The translations under genes were made by a program, and so were the position numbers. Under the pieces are notes generated by a model. That model was not told where the DNA came from. It saw only the letters and a program-made list of their open reading frames with translations, and made no database searches. From Methanobacteriota archaeon (lineage in GTDB: Archaea > Thermoplasmatota > Poseidoniia > Poseidoniales > Thalassarchaeaceae): DNA of 64,000 nt. The stretch is from the NCBI GenBank assembly GCA_016845345.1, contig JAERSV010000039.1:1113-65112 (forward strand), written 5' to 3'. This document shows, one piece after another, positions 1-10,100 of the stretch; position 1 is the first letter of the stretch; the number at the start of each line of letters is the position of its first letter.

Positions 1-1
1 A

Positions 2-559
2 AACTCAAACCACACCGGTTATCTTTGGACGATTGATACCACCGACCCTACACAACCGTTCCTCGTCAGCAAGTGGAAATTGCCCGGAGAAGGTACACTA
101 GCGAACGGCTCAAAACACCCACAGCACTACATTCCTGGCGGATATATCTTCAGTCCACATAATGGTGATACTGGGACAGGTGGCGAGGTTTACTGGGCAC
201 ACTACCATGCTGGTGCATGGGTAACCGACCATGGCCACATTTGGGAAGATATTGTTTGGGAGAATGGCGTTCCCGAGCCAGAAAGAGGTTTCAAAGCAAT
301 ATCAAAACTTGGTGAAACAAAAACCAATGGATATTACTTGAGCGCTGGTCCAACTTGGATTGATGACCCTGCTTCAACCCTTGAATATGACATGGCTGAT
401 TGTTGGGCCTCCTGTATGATTCCATTCAATTGGGGATTACAATATGACCCGCGTGGATTTATCATGATTTCAGAAATGGTGTCTGGGGTTTACGTAGTAC
501 AGATGGAATCAGATAGAGATGCAAGATATCATTATCCTCCACTATATCCTCTTGAGTGA
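2..559 (+). CDS. C-terminal part of a secreted beta-propeller-like protein (5' end outside window)
   Basis: The frame of listed ORF 80..559 stays open back to the window edge; its M is an internal TTG. Segments such as WTIDTTDPTQPFLVSKW resemble LVIVD-type propeller blades. His-rich HYHAGAW and DHGH motifs are present. The TGA stop overlaps GTG 556 of the next ORF. Confidence 0.5.
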   Translation, partial: NSNHTGYLWTIDTTDPTQPFLVSKWKLPGEGTLANGSKHPQHYIPGGYIFSPHNGDTGTGGEVYWAHYHAGAWVTDHGHIWEDIVWENGVPEPERGFKAISKLGETKTNGYYLSAGPTWIDDPASTLEYDMADCWASCMIPFNWGLQYDPRGFIMISEMVSGVYVVQMESDRDARYHYPPLYPLE

Positions 560-564
560 TTTCG

Positions 565-1245
565 ATGACAAGACGGTTTAGTTCGCTATTTTTAGTCGCA
601 ATTCTTGCCTGTTCTGGAATTATTTCAGGTTGTCTTGGAGGCGAACCCTCAATACCTGATGAATTCAATGGGGATGATATCTATCCCGCAGTTGCTGTTG
701 AACCATTTGATTTGGTAGCGCAGGATGGGACAAATTACAGTAGTGAAAATTTAGATGGCAAAGTTGTAATCGTTGTATTTATGTTTACTAGATGTCCTGA
801 TGTTTGCCCTGTGGTTTCAGCGAATACAAAGTGGCTATATGGCCAATTGTCTGAGGATGAGCAATCAAATGTTGAGGTCATTTCAATCACCGTTGACCCA
901 TGGACTGACAATATCACAGAGTTAGCAACTTACAAAGAAAGTATGACACTTGATTGGCAGCATTTAACCGGCGAAGTTGATGTTTTGGAGCCTATTTGGG
1001 GCAATTTTGATGTTGGGCTGAAAACCGTTTCTAGCGATGAATATGGTTACCAAAATAACACCGATAACACAAGTGGAAGCGACGAAACAAGTGGGCGCCA
1101 CCACCCTGACCTTGAATACTTAGTAGACCACTCCACAGGTACAATTCTTGTTGATAAAAATGGCTATCAAAGAGTGTGGTGGGGTGATGTTGATTGGATT
1201 CCAGACCTAGTGCTTGCAGATGTTCGTGAATTACTTTCAGCATAA
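565..1245 (+). CDS. SCO1/SenC-family thioredoxin-fold copper chaperone, probable lipoprotein
   Basis: Has the FTRCPDVCP (CxxxC) motif in a VVIVVFMFTRCPDVCP context typical of SCO1/SenC. N-terminal LVAILACSG is lipobox-like. ATG 565 is preferred over GTG 556. Confidence 0.85.
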   Translation: MTRRFSSLFLVAILACSGIISGCLGGEPSIPDEFNGDDIYPAVAVEPFDLVAQDGTNYSSENLDGKVVIVVFMFTRCPDVCPVVSANTKWLYGQLSEDEQSNVEVISITVDPWTDNITELATYKESMTLDWQHLTGEVDVLEPIWGNFDVGLKTVSSDEYGYQNNTDNTSGSDETSGRHHPDLEYLVDHSTGTILVDKNGYQRVWWGDVDWIPDLVLADVRELLSA

Positions 1246-1373
1246 ACAAGAATTGTTTGGTTGATATTGCTTTGGAGATTTTCATAACGCCTGAACAGTG
1301 TAAGGTATACATGATTTAGATTTGGTAAATTCAATACCTCAGATTGATAAGGCGAACTTATAGTTGCAACAAC

Positions 1374-3689
1374 ATGGATGGGAAGTTAGTAGTGGCTAGC
1401 CTCGTATTGGCTGGATTGATGTTTACTTCTGGGTTAGCAGTTTATTTTGCCAGTCAAATGGATGACCAGCCGGATGATAATAATGATTCTACCTCAAATG
1501 AGATAGATGAAACCACACCTGAAAACCGTGCACCAACTCTCTATGTTGCAAAAACATCATTCTTGTACGGTGAACCAATTGTTATTTCTGGCTGGGTTGT
1601 TGATGAGTCATTTAACACGACTATTGTGTCAATCCAAGTATTCTCCGAAGATTCTCTTAGCACTCTGGCAAGAGAAGACGAGGTCACGGCAGATGAAAAA
1701 GGAGTTTGGGCCATCACATTACCCTATGAACAACCGGGGTCTTGGGTAGTGGATGTCGTTGCTACAGATTCTCAAGGATTGAGTAGTTCTTCTGAAATGA
1801 CAACAGTTGAACTTTTACCTCCTATTGAGGAATTGGTACGATTGACAATTCGGTATGTTTCTCCAGTGGAGAACGGTTCAATTGGACTTTTAGTTGGGGA
1901 TTTGGTACACCTTTTCCCAGCAACTTGCTCTGTTGAGTTTTGGCCGGAAGGACAATCTGCGATAGAAGGAATAGTCAACGGTGTAAATGCCACCTACACA
2001 ATTCCTGTAGATGAGGACGAAGTAGCCGACGCAGGAATTTTATGGGCTACTTGCGGCTTGTTTGATGTTGCATCGGCTAACTTCTCATATCAATTACCGA
2101 TTGTTGAGGAACTTCCAGAAGATGAAGTTACAGATTCTGATGGTGATGGCATTGTTGATGCCGATGATGATTGCCCTAATTCTCCAAATGAGCCAGTATG
2201 GCCGGATGGATGTTCAGATTCCCAATTAGACTCAGATGAAGATGGAGTTACAGATGATTTGGATTTGTGTCCTGATACAAACGTTGGATTTTCTGTTGAT
2301 GCGAATGGTTGCGCTGAAAATCAGAAAGATGCTGATGGCGATGGAATCTCTGATGCAGGAGACCAATGTCCTAACACCCCAATTACTGAAGTAGCGGACG
2401 CAAACGGTTGCTCGGATTCTCAGAAAGACCAAGATGGCGATGGGGTTCAAGACTCTCTTGACCAATGTCCAAATACATTACCTAGCACCATAGTCGACTC
2501 AGTTGGTTGTGAGGTTAACAAATACGACAAGACCGATAGTTGGGTTTGTACTAATGGAAATGGCCCTTGGGTGAAAGATTACAACCAAGAAGAAGGATAC
2601 AATGCTAACAACAACGGGGTTAGTTCAGCAGGAGGCGGTGGTTCAGGTCCATGGTTCCAATGTGAGGTCAGTTTTTCAGAGCAGAACAACAAGATGGTAA
2701 TGGAATCAAACGGAATTCCAAATCATGATTTCTTGAGCACTAGGGGATGTTGTGCCGATGAGATGGATTACACGGCTTATATCACTATGAATCCCGTGAA
2801 TGATACCACTGGAGGCCACTCTTCAACTAACTGTCCGGCTGCTGCTGGAAGGTGGGAATGCGCTCCTGACCGCGGTGCAGTTGCAATTGGAGTAAATGGT
2901 GTTCCTATCTATGGGCCTGAAGACGGCCCGGGTAGTGACGCAGTCGCCCTTCACTTTGATTATTTCAACGAAGATCGCCAAGCGATTGAACTTGGATGGT
3001 GTGCAGGCCATTCAGCTGGACCAAATGGCTACCACTACCATTACGATGCAAACTGCATCTATTGGGAGCCAGGAATTGGTGAGGATATGAGTGATTATTC
3101 TCTCTCAAAAATTCCTAACGACCAGCATAGCCCAATAGTGGGTTGGGCATTTGATGGATATCCAATCTACGGAATGTATGGCTATGGCGCTGACGGACAG
3201 ACAATTCGGACAATTAGTTCATCATATGTGATTGAGAGAACCCAAGATGGAGGTGACCAAGGTTACAATGGAATTGATGATTGGAACTATGTTGATGGTG
3301 TTGGAGATCTTGACGAATGCAATGGTCGCTTTGGCCCAACACCTGAATTCCCTGAAGGGATTTACCACTACGTTAGTACGCCTGTTTCCGGTTCTCAAAC
3401 AACTGTCACTGATACGAATGGAAACACGGTTGGAATGATTGGTTTCCCTTATTTCTTAATCTGCTATCACGGTATGGCAGATGTTAGCGGCCAATCTCTT
3501 GGTGGGGGTCAAGGCCCAGGTCCTGGTGGAAGGTCATACGAATTCAATACTGAAGTTCTTGGTTACGATGTAGTGGATATCGAGCAACCATTGATTGACG
3601 AGACAGTTCCAATGTGGATTGATTTGACCGTTACCATGACTCTAATTGCATTAGTATTCGCAGGCTGGGGTTCAATCAGACGAAAATGA
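1374..3689 (+). CDS. Surface protein with thrombospondin type-3-like Ca-binding repeats and a YHYH domain, C-terminal TM anchor
   Basis: Four DxDxDGxxDxxDxCPNT repeats (DSDGDGIVDADDDCPNSP, DSDEDGVTDDLDLCPDT, DADGDGISDAGDQCPNTP, DQDGDGVQDSLDQCPNT). Also NGIPNHDF and GYHYHYD motifs (YHYH family) and a hydrophobic C-terminus LTVTMTLIALVFAGWGSIRRK. ATG 1374 (MDGKLVVASLVLAGLMF signal anchor) is preferred over TTG 1344. Confidence 0.75.
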   Translation: MDGKLVVASLVLAGLMFTSGLAVYFASQMDDQPDDNNDSTSNEIDETTPENRAPTLYVAKTSFLYGEPIVISGWVVDESFNTTIVSIQVFSEDSLSTLAREDEVTADEKGVWAITLPYEQPGSWVVDVVATDSQGLSSSSEMTTVELLPPIEELVRLTIRYVSPVENGSIGLLVGDLVHLFPATCSVEFWPEGQSAIEGIVNGVNATYTIPVDEDEVADAGILWATCGLFDVASANFSYQLPIVEELPEDEVTDSDGDGIVDADDDCPNSPNEPVWPDGCSDSQLDSDEDGVTDDLDLCPDTNVGFSVDANGCAENQKDADGDGISDAGDQCPNTPITEVADANGCSDSQKDQDGDGVQDSLDQCPNTLPSTIVDSVGCEVNKYDKTDSWVCTNGNGPWVKDYNQEEGYNANNNGVSSAGGGGSGPWFQCEVSFSEQNNKMVMESNGIPNHDFLSTRGCCADEMDYTAYITMNPVNDTTGGHSSTNCPAAAGRWECAPDRGAVAIGVNGVPIYGPEDGPGSDAVALHFDYFNEDRQAIELGWCAGHSAGPNGYHYHYDANCIYWEPGIGEDMSDYSLSKIPNDQHSPIVGWAFDGYPIYGMYGYGADGQTIRTISSSYVIERTQDGGDQGYNGIDDWNYVDGVGDLDECNGRFGPTPEFPEGIYHYVSTPVSGSQTTVTDTNGNTVGMIGFPYFLICYHGMADVSGQSLGGGQGPGPGGRSYEFNTEVLGYDVVDIEQPLIDETVPMWIDLTVTMTLIALVFAGWGSIRRK

Positions 3690-3703
3690 AAACATCATCT
3701 GTT

Positions 3704-5203
3704 TCAAAGAACAGGTTGTTGACTCAACCATTCTAAATCAGAGATGTATAATTGGCGGATATCATCCAATCCAAGTACAAGCATAGCCAATCTTTCAAGC
3801 CCCATTCCCCATGCACAAACAGGCCATTTAACTCCGAGAGGTTCAGTTACTTCGGGGCGGAAAATTCCAGCCCCTCCTAACTCTAACCATTGGCCACGCC
3901 ATTTGACTTCAACCTCCATGCTCGGCTCGGTATAGGGGAAGTAAGCAGGGCGAACGCGCACTTCTGGATAACCCATTTTTGTGTAGAACTCTTTGAGTGT
4001 GGTGACTAGCATAGGTAGGCTCGCACCTGGCTCCATGATGATCCCCTCAATCTGGTGAAACTCTGGTAAGTGAGTACGGTCAATACTCTCTTTTCGAAAC
4101 ACTCTGCCGATGCTAAAGACGCGGCAAGGCTTGTCAGGATTCTCCTCTAAATGACGTACTGTGTTGACGGTTGTGTGTGTACGCAACATACCTTTTTGTG
4201 AGATTTCAGATGAAAATTCACCACCCCAACCCGTGCTTCCGGTCTCTCCTCCACTTTCGTGCACATCGGCCCATTGCTGGGTTCTCTCACTGGGAAGTGG
4301 TACCGATTTAGGTTTGTCAAGATAGAAAGTGTCCTGCATTTCTCTTGCCGGATGGTCTTGTGGGATGAATAAAGCATCCATATTCCAGCCCGCAGTTGTG
4401 ACATAATTGCCATCAATTTCAGTGAATCCCATTTCTAGGAAGATGGCACGTATCCTCTCGATTAGTGCTTGCATTGGGTGTGATTTTCCAACTTGAGGAG
4501 TTGGCGCTTCGCGGGTGACATCGTATGGCTTGAAGTCGGCTGAACGCCACTCTTCACCTTGCAGAAGTTCAGGAGTAATGTCTGCTACCAAAAGTCGCTC
4601 CTCAAGTGCTGAATCTTTGACTGCTCTACCCTCAGTAGTCAATTTCCAAGTTCTTGTCACCTCTTCTGAGGAGGTGATGATTCCTTTGCGGGCGGTGAAG
4701 TAATCTATTTGTGAGGAATCTAAATCGTTTTCTTGTACTCCATTTCCATTAGATTCAGAAAGTTGAGAGATAAATTTAGCCCGCATTTCTAAGGTTGCTG
4801 TGATAGCACCAGTTGATGATGGGACAACAAATTGCCCACGCTCTAATTGGATTCCGAGGTCTTTGAGAAGGCCGATTCCAGCACCTGATTCTCGCTTTTC
4901 AACAACATCAGATGCTTGTAATTCTTTCATACCGACTTGGCCTTCTTGTTGCGATAGCCAATCCCAAATTCTTTGTTCAAGAAGGCCGTTTTCAGCCGCG
5001 GCTTGACCTTCTGAGGCAAGCCGCCAAATTTTCTTGCGACTTTCGGTTTGATTGACCAACCCTAACTCCGCAAGGGAGCCGCCAGCACCCGCAACGTGGG
5101 CCTGGTCATCCCAGCCACACGATTCGAGAAGTGGAGCCAAATCCCAGACTCGCTCAGGCTCCAAGAGCATCGCTTTGAGCATACGGCGCTCGTTGTTACT
5201 CAA
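3704..5203 (-). CDS. pheS: Phenylalanine--tRNA ligase alpha subunit (archaeal/eukaryal type)
   Basis: ~500 aa with the class II core: FIPQDHPAREMQDTFY, MLRTHTT, RVFSIGRVFR, EFHQIEG, GAGIFRPEV, AWGMGLERL. Confidence 0.92.
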   Translation of the reverse strand: MSNNERRMLKAMLLEPERVWDLAPLLESCGWDDQAHVAGAGGSLAELGLVNQTESRKKIWRLASEGQAAAENGLLEQRIWDWLSQQEGQVGMKELQASDVVEKRESGAGIGLLKDLGIQLERGQFVVPSSTGAITATLEMRAKFISQLSESNGNGVQENDLDSSQIDYFTARKGIITSSEEVTRTWKLTTEGRAVKDSALEERLLVADITPELLQGEEWRSADFKPYDVTREAPTPQVGKSHPMQALIERIRAIFLEMGFTEIDGNYVTTAGWNMDALFIPQDHPAREMQDTFYLDKPKSVPLPSERTQQWADVHESGGETGSTGWGGEFSSEISQKGMLRTHTTVNTVRHLEENPDKPCRVFSIGRVFRKESIDRTHLPEFHQIEGIIMEPGASLPMLVTTLKEFYTKMGYPEVRVRPAYFPYTEPSMEVEVKWRGQWLELGGAGIFRPEVTEPLGVKWPVCAWGMGLERLAMLVLGLDDIRQLYISDLEWLSQQPVL

Positions 5204-5277
5204 CTCCAGTCGGCTCCCTCCAATGTGTTGGGAAAGCCGGAGTGCCTTGAATCAATTGGAGATGAGATGGTAATTAT

Positions 5278-5682
5278 TCATTCTTCTTCATCCTCAGGTT
5301 TGTCCCACAACATGGTATCACAACCAGGGCAAATGAAAGTTTGAGGTCTTTTTCCATCAACCCAAGTTAATTCTCCACATTTACCACACAAAACACTGGT
5401 TCGCACAGGTTCGTCCAAGGTCGTATCAATGCGATACATGATGCTCCCCTCTGCCCCATCTGGGAGTTCACCTGATTCAGGTGCCCAATCGCGAATATCC
5501 TTCTCGCTCATTGGTTTGGGTTCTTCAACGCGGGCGAATGCTAGTACGAACAGAGCCGCGCCCGCTAACCCAATCGGTGCACCAATTGCGATGTATGCTG
5601 GGCTAGCGAATATCACTCCAGATGCAAGTATCATGCAAAGCCAAGCCGCGATGAACATGTTAGCCCGAGTGTTGCCGGCCAT
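5278..5682 (-). CDS. Small membrane protein with C-terminal zinc ribbon
   Basis: Two hydrophobic helices at the N-terminus, then CGKCG...CPGCD (two CxxC pairs). Acidic tail PEDEEE. Confidence 0.55.
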   Translation of the reverse strand: MAGNTRANMFIAAWLCMILASGVIFASPAYIAIGAPIGLAGAALFVLAFARVEEPKPMSEKDIRDWAPESGELPDGAEGSIMYRIDTTLDEPVRTSVLCGKCGELTWVDGKRPQTFICPGCDTMLWDKPEDEEE

Positions 5683-5691
5683 ATCGCCACC

Positions 5692-7050
5692 TCATTTGGT
5701 AAGGCTGTGCCACGCATCAATGAGGATTTCTACTGCTCGCACCATTTGACTGCTACTAATCGAACAAATACCAATTCTGACTCCACCACTTAGTGGGACT
5801 ACATACAATTGAGATTCAGATGCTTTTTCCGCCATCGCAACAGGGTCATCACAAGGAATGAAGGCAAAATATCCGTCATCGGATGGCATCAAAGGTAAAT
5901 CGGATTTTGCCATTTCGACATTGAAAATGGTTCGCCGGTCAGCAAGCATTTGTTTCAATCTGGATTTTTCTTCCCCCCACGCGTGAGCCTCTGTCTCATT
6001 GGTATGAATTGAGAGAAGTGCGGACTGTGGTAGTCGGGGAGCGAGAGACCAAGTCCCTCTTCCAGTTACTGCACAAACCTCACTAAGTCTGTTGACATAA
6101 TCCTCGGAAGGATGTAAGAATACAATTGCCCCACATCTAAGACCATAAATCGTGTGAGATTTAGATGCAGAAAATCCCCAGCAAATAAGCAAATTTTCCG
6201 GCCATTCTGCCCATGAGAACTTTTTGTGTATTGTTTCAGACCATCCGTATGGTTCGTCCGCATAAACTGCATAAGCCGTGTCAAGGAATAGTGTGACTCC
6301 AATTTCAGGGTGATTTCTAGCACATTTTAGGAACGCGTCTAAGACCAAATCCCTACCCTCAGAATCTAGTGAAACCCCCGTGGGATTGTGGGCTGGGTCA
6401 TTAAGCCAAGAGAGCACTCTTTCCTGAGAAGTTGCGATGTTCTCAAGCATTGATTCAAGAGCAGGTAAGTTTACCTTTTTATGTCCATCATCGTGGTTGA
6501 GAATTGGCCATTCAGCGATGGTTAATCCACATTCTGCTGCTAAAGTATCGTATGGGGACCAGCGTCGAGAACGAAATAAAATCGTATCACCCACAGCGAG
6601 CATTGTTCTTGCAGAGAGATACAATGCGCCAGTTCCACCGGGAGTTGCAACTGAGTCGCTGTGTAGGCCGATATCTTGTAGGCTAGCAAGCCTTGGACCA
6701 ATTGCTAATTCAGCCGCTAATTTCTTGAAATCAGGTAAGCCAGCAAGCGGTGCATAGGATGAAAAATCAACATCAGATTGTTTGCGTAGTGAATCCATGA
6801 CAACGCTGTTGACAGCGAGTGCTCCATCATCTTCAAGCAGGCTACCAACGGTTCCGTTAATCGCTGGTTCACCAAGTGCCTTGGCTTGCAGATATCTGCC
6901 ATACCAAGCAAAAATCGTGTCGGAACCGGTCTTTTTCCTGCTCTCCGCAGGCAGAAAGGTATCCTCAAGGCGACCTAAATCCACAGCAATCACTACTGCG
7001 ACAGAATCCCGCCGCCAAACCATCCTACAGGTCTCTAAATAAGAATCCAT
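5692..7050 (-). CDS. Class I (AspC/TyrB-like) PLP-dependent aminotransferase
   Basis: GFSASKSHTIYGLRCG matches the SxSKxxGLYxxRxG PLP-lysine motif. NDPAHNPTG and LDTAY motifs are present and the length is about 450 aa. Confidence 0.8.
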   Translation of the reverse strand: MDSYLETCRMVWRRDSVAVVIAVDLGRLEDTFLPAESRKKTGSDTIFAWYGRYLQAKALGEPAINGTVGSLLEDDGALAVNSVVMDSLRKQSDVDFSSYAPLAGLPDFKKLAAELAIGPRLASLQDIGLHSDSVATPGGTGALYLSARTMLAVGDTILFRSRRWSPYDTLAAECGLTIAEWPILNHDDGHKKVNLPALESMLENIATSQERVLSWLNDPAHNPTGVSLDSEGRDLVLDAFLKCARNHPEIGVTLFLDTAYAVYADEPYGWSETIHKKFSWAEWPENLLICWGFSASKSHTIYGLRCGAIVFLHPSEDYVNRLSEVCAVTGRGTWSLAPRLPQSALLSIHTNETEAHAWGEEKSRLKQMLADRRTIFNVEMAKSDLPLMPSDDGYFAFIPCDDPVAMAEKASESQLYVVPLSGGVRIGICSISSSQMVRAVEILIDAWHSLTK

Positions 7051-7141
7051 CCATCCACTTTCAAAGGATTAGGATAGGATCGGCCTATGGGCAAAGTTCA
7101 CTATAGGTTCCATACATCACCCGAAGAGGGGAGGGTTTCCG

Positions 7142-10100
7142 GTGAAGCGTTGTGCAATCTTTTTGACATTCATAATGTTCACCATTTCTTTAGTAGCATG
7201 CACTCCTAATTTTTCTTCAAACATCACACAGGATGGGGAACTTGAGAAAGGAGATATCAATGGGTTTGCATCTTTGAACTCAACAGAAGTGGTCACAATC
7301 AATAGTCATCCCAATTCAGTTACAAATTCTTTCAAAGTCGAAGTTCCAGAAGGGGAAGCAGTCAGAAATCTCAGTCTCGAACTTTCACCTACGGCTCTAC
7401 CTCGAAGTGAAGGAATATCCTTTACTGCACCCAATGATTTCAATCAATCTGGGGCTACATCTCAAGGAGTAGACTACAATTCATCTGGGTTACAAGTTTC
7501 AGCTATTGATGAATACTGGAGTTTTGAAGGTTCTAACAATCTTCCAACTGGGTGGACCACCTCAAACACAAATTATGGGCGAATAAACACCATGTCGTGT
7601 GGCACCAACGGTAGTAGTTCACGCTCGCTAACCGTAAGGCATGGTTCAGTAAGTGTTACTTCTAATCAAATCGACCTCTCTTCTCTCTCCAATGGTCAGA
7701 TTTCCTTTTGGATGCGCGAAGGTCAATCGGGGTGTGGCGAAGACCCGGACAGTAGCGAACACATGTTTGTTGAATATATCAAATCAAGTGGTAGTTGGGG
7801 GCAAATAACCTACTTCAACGCTGGCTTAGGATATCCATATTATACGCCAAGAAATGTTGCATTTAATTTGCCAAATGATGCATTTCATTCGAATTTCAAG
7901 TTTAGATTCAGGCTTTCGCATGGCTCTGGTACTTGCTGTGACTGGTGGTTTGTTGATGATGTGAGGTTGACTAAACCGGGTGGAGAAGGAAACTGGACAA
8001 CTCCCGCCTTCGGTCCAAGTGCTAATAATGCAAATTTCCGTTCACTTCCCGGCCCATATGGGGTGATGAGTATTGACACAGATGCTCCCTCAAATGCTGT
8101 GACTTGGTCGGTTCTTGATGCTTCAAATAATACACCGCTGGATGGTTTTTATGAGCGCCAAGGGAATTGGGCGGATTTGGGTGGAATTGACTGGCAAAAG
8201 CATCCAGCGATACGTCTCAAGGTGACTTTGGAAGCGATGGGTACCGGTTCTGTTACCAAAGTGAATGGGGTTCACATTCAAGGGCTATTTGTCAACAGTT
8301 TTGATGACAGCCCTACAGATTGGAGTCTGATAGCATGTAGTTGGGATGGTGATAGCATAGTTGGAGATGGTGAGGCGTACTCGCCGACGTTCATTTCGCG
8401 GCGCCCAATTAGCAGGATTTCTACTGCGCTAACAGTTTCAGGTGGTGGGCACTTGGAAGCAACTATTGATGGCGGTCCGTGGGTGACAATACCTACTACC
8501 GGCTTGACTAATCTAGATGGTTGGGTGCATTCAATCCAATTCAGATGGTTAGGTCAGGGGCAATATTTTGATTTGCAGAGATTTGAGGTGGAATTGCATG
8601 GTTCTGGTCTACCAGAATCACCTCTGATTGATTTGGGTAATGATGGAAATGAGGAATGGGGACTCACAAACAACTCAATTGGTACATGGGGTTGGCAAGA
8701 TGTTCTCGCGAATGGGAATCGCTCAATCGATTTGAAATTCCCAAATCAGCATAATGTGGAGTTTTGGATTCCGAAGGATTCAGCCGGAGATTTAATCTTC
8801 GAAATTAGTCCTGAATTATCAACTGGAGTTACAGATTTACAATTGCAATTATTGATTGGAGGCAATGTGATATCATCATGGACGTTTGGTTCTGCAGATG
8901 AATCGCGTACTTTACGAGTTGGAGAGGCTGAAAAGGCAAATTTGGTTGCTGAGTTAACGATTTCACAACCAGTTTACAGTCAAAGTGGAGTAGAATACGT
9001 TGCTGTAGAAATGATGTTGGATGCATCAGCCGGTGGAGTCAGATTCGGTGGAATTGCAATCCCACATTCTCCCTCAGCGATGTTACACTTTGAGCCGGAA
9101 TCAGATTTCATTCTCGGCCTAAACAATCTCGCTGGAAGCATGTCTGCGACTGATGGATGGGTTTCCCTCCCATTGTCAATGAGTTGGACATACCTTGGTT
9201 CAATGGAGGTCACTTTGAGGGAGTTGAATACAGGTTTAGCCACAGAAATTTCCCTTGAATCAGCAGACAACTTGTCGGCGACATTATCACCGTCTTGGCA
9301 GATGTTTGAATTTGAGCACAATATAACAGTAGAAAGTGGTGAATTAGCAGCATTAAGGTATGATTTGGTTGGTGATAATAATGCAATCACATACACCGTT
9401 TGGCTTGGAGCATCACCGCTCCCAGCAGATACTATCGAAGGTGATGCAGATGCAATAATACTGCCAGCAGTTTTTGATACCGGCTCCTACACAACTCCAG
9501 CTGGCGCAAGTGGGCCTGGAATTTGCTGTGAGTTACATCCAACTCTCCGCTTTTCGCTGAATGCCTCATGGGATGATGAAGACCTCGTAACCCTAACTTT
9601 ACGCGGGATAATGAATGATGGTTTGATCAGTTTACCCTGGGTTCACATGTTTGGAGTTGGCCCATCTCAAGGTGTAGAGAATGACATGGAAATCATCGAT
9701 TGGCGGGTTTTGAATGACCGCGGAATCACAATTGCTGATGAGACATCATATCTGAAGGCTGATTCAGATATTTCAGTTGAAGTCGAGTTTGGATTTGAGG
9801 GATTAGAATCAATGTTCGCACCACGTAGTGACGACATTGAAGTCAGATTACTTGAGAATGGAATTGTCAAGGCACAAACAAATCAATTGGTTCAAGGAGT
9901 TGCCACTTTCAACACTAGGACTCCTGTGGCAACTGGTGATGTTGAGTATGCCGTTGAATTCGACCCACTTGTAGGCGGCGATGATGTGACTACAATCATT
10001 CTAAATCGAAGTTTTGAAATTGATTCAATATCACCTATAGTAATCTATCAAAGCGTGAAAGCCCATGACCATCTTGAGCCATCACTTTCTCAAACTCTGA

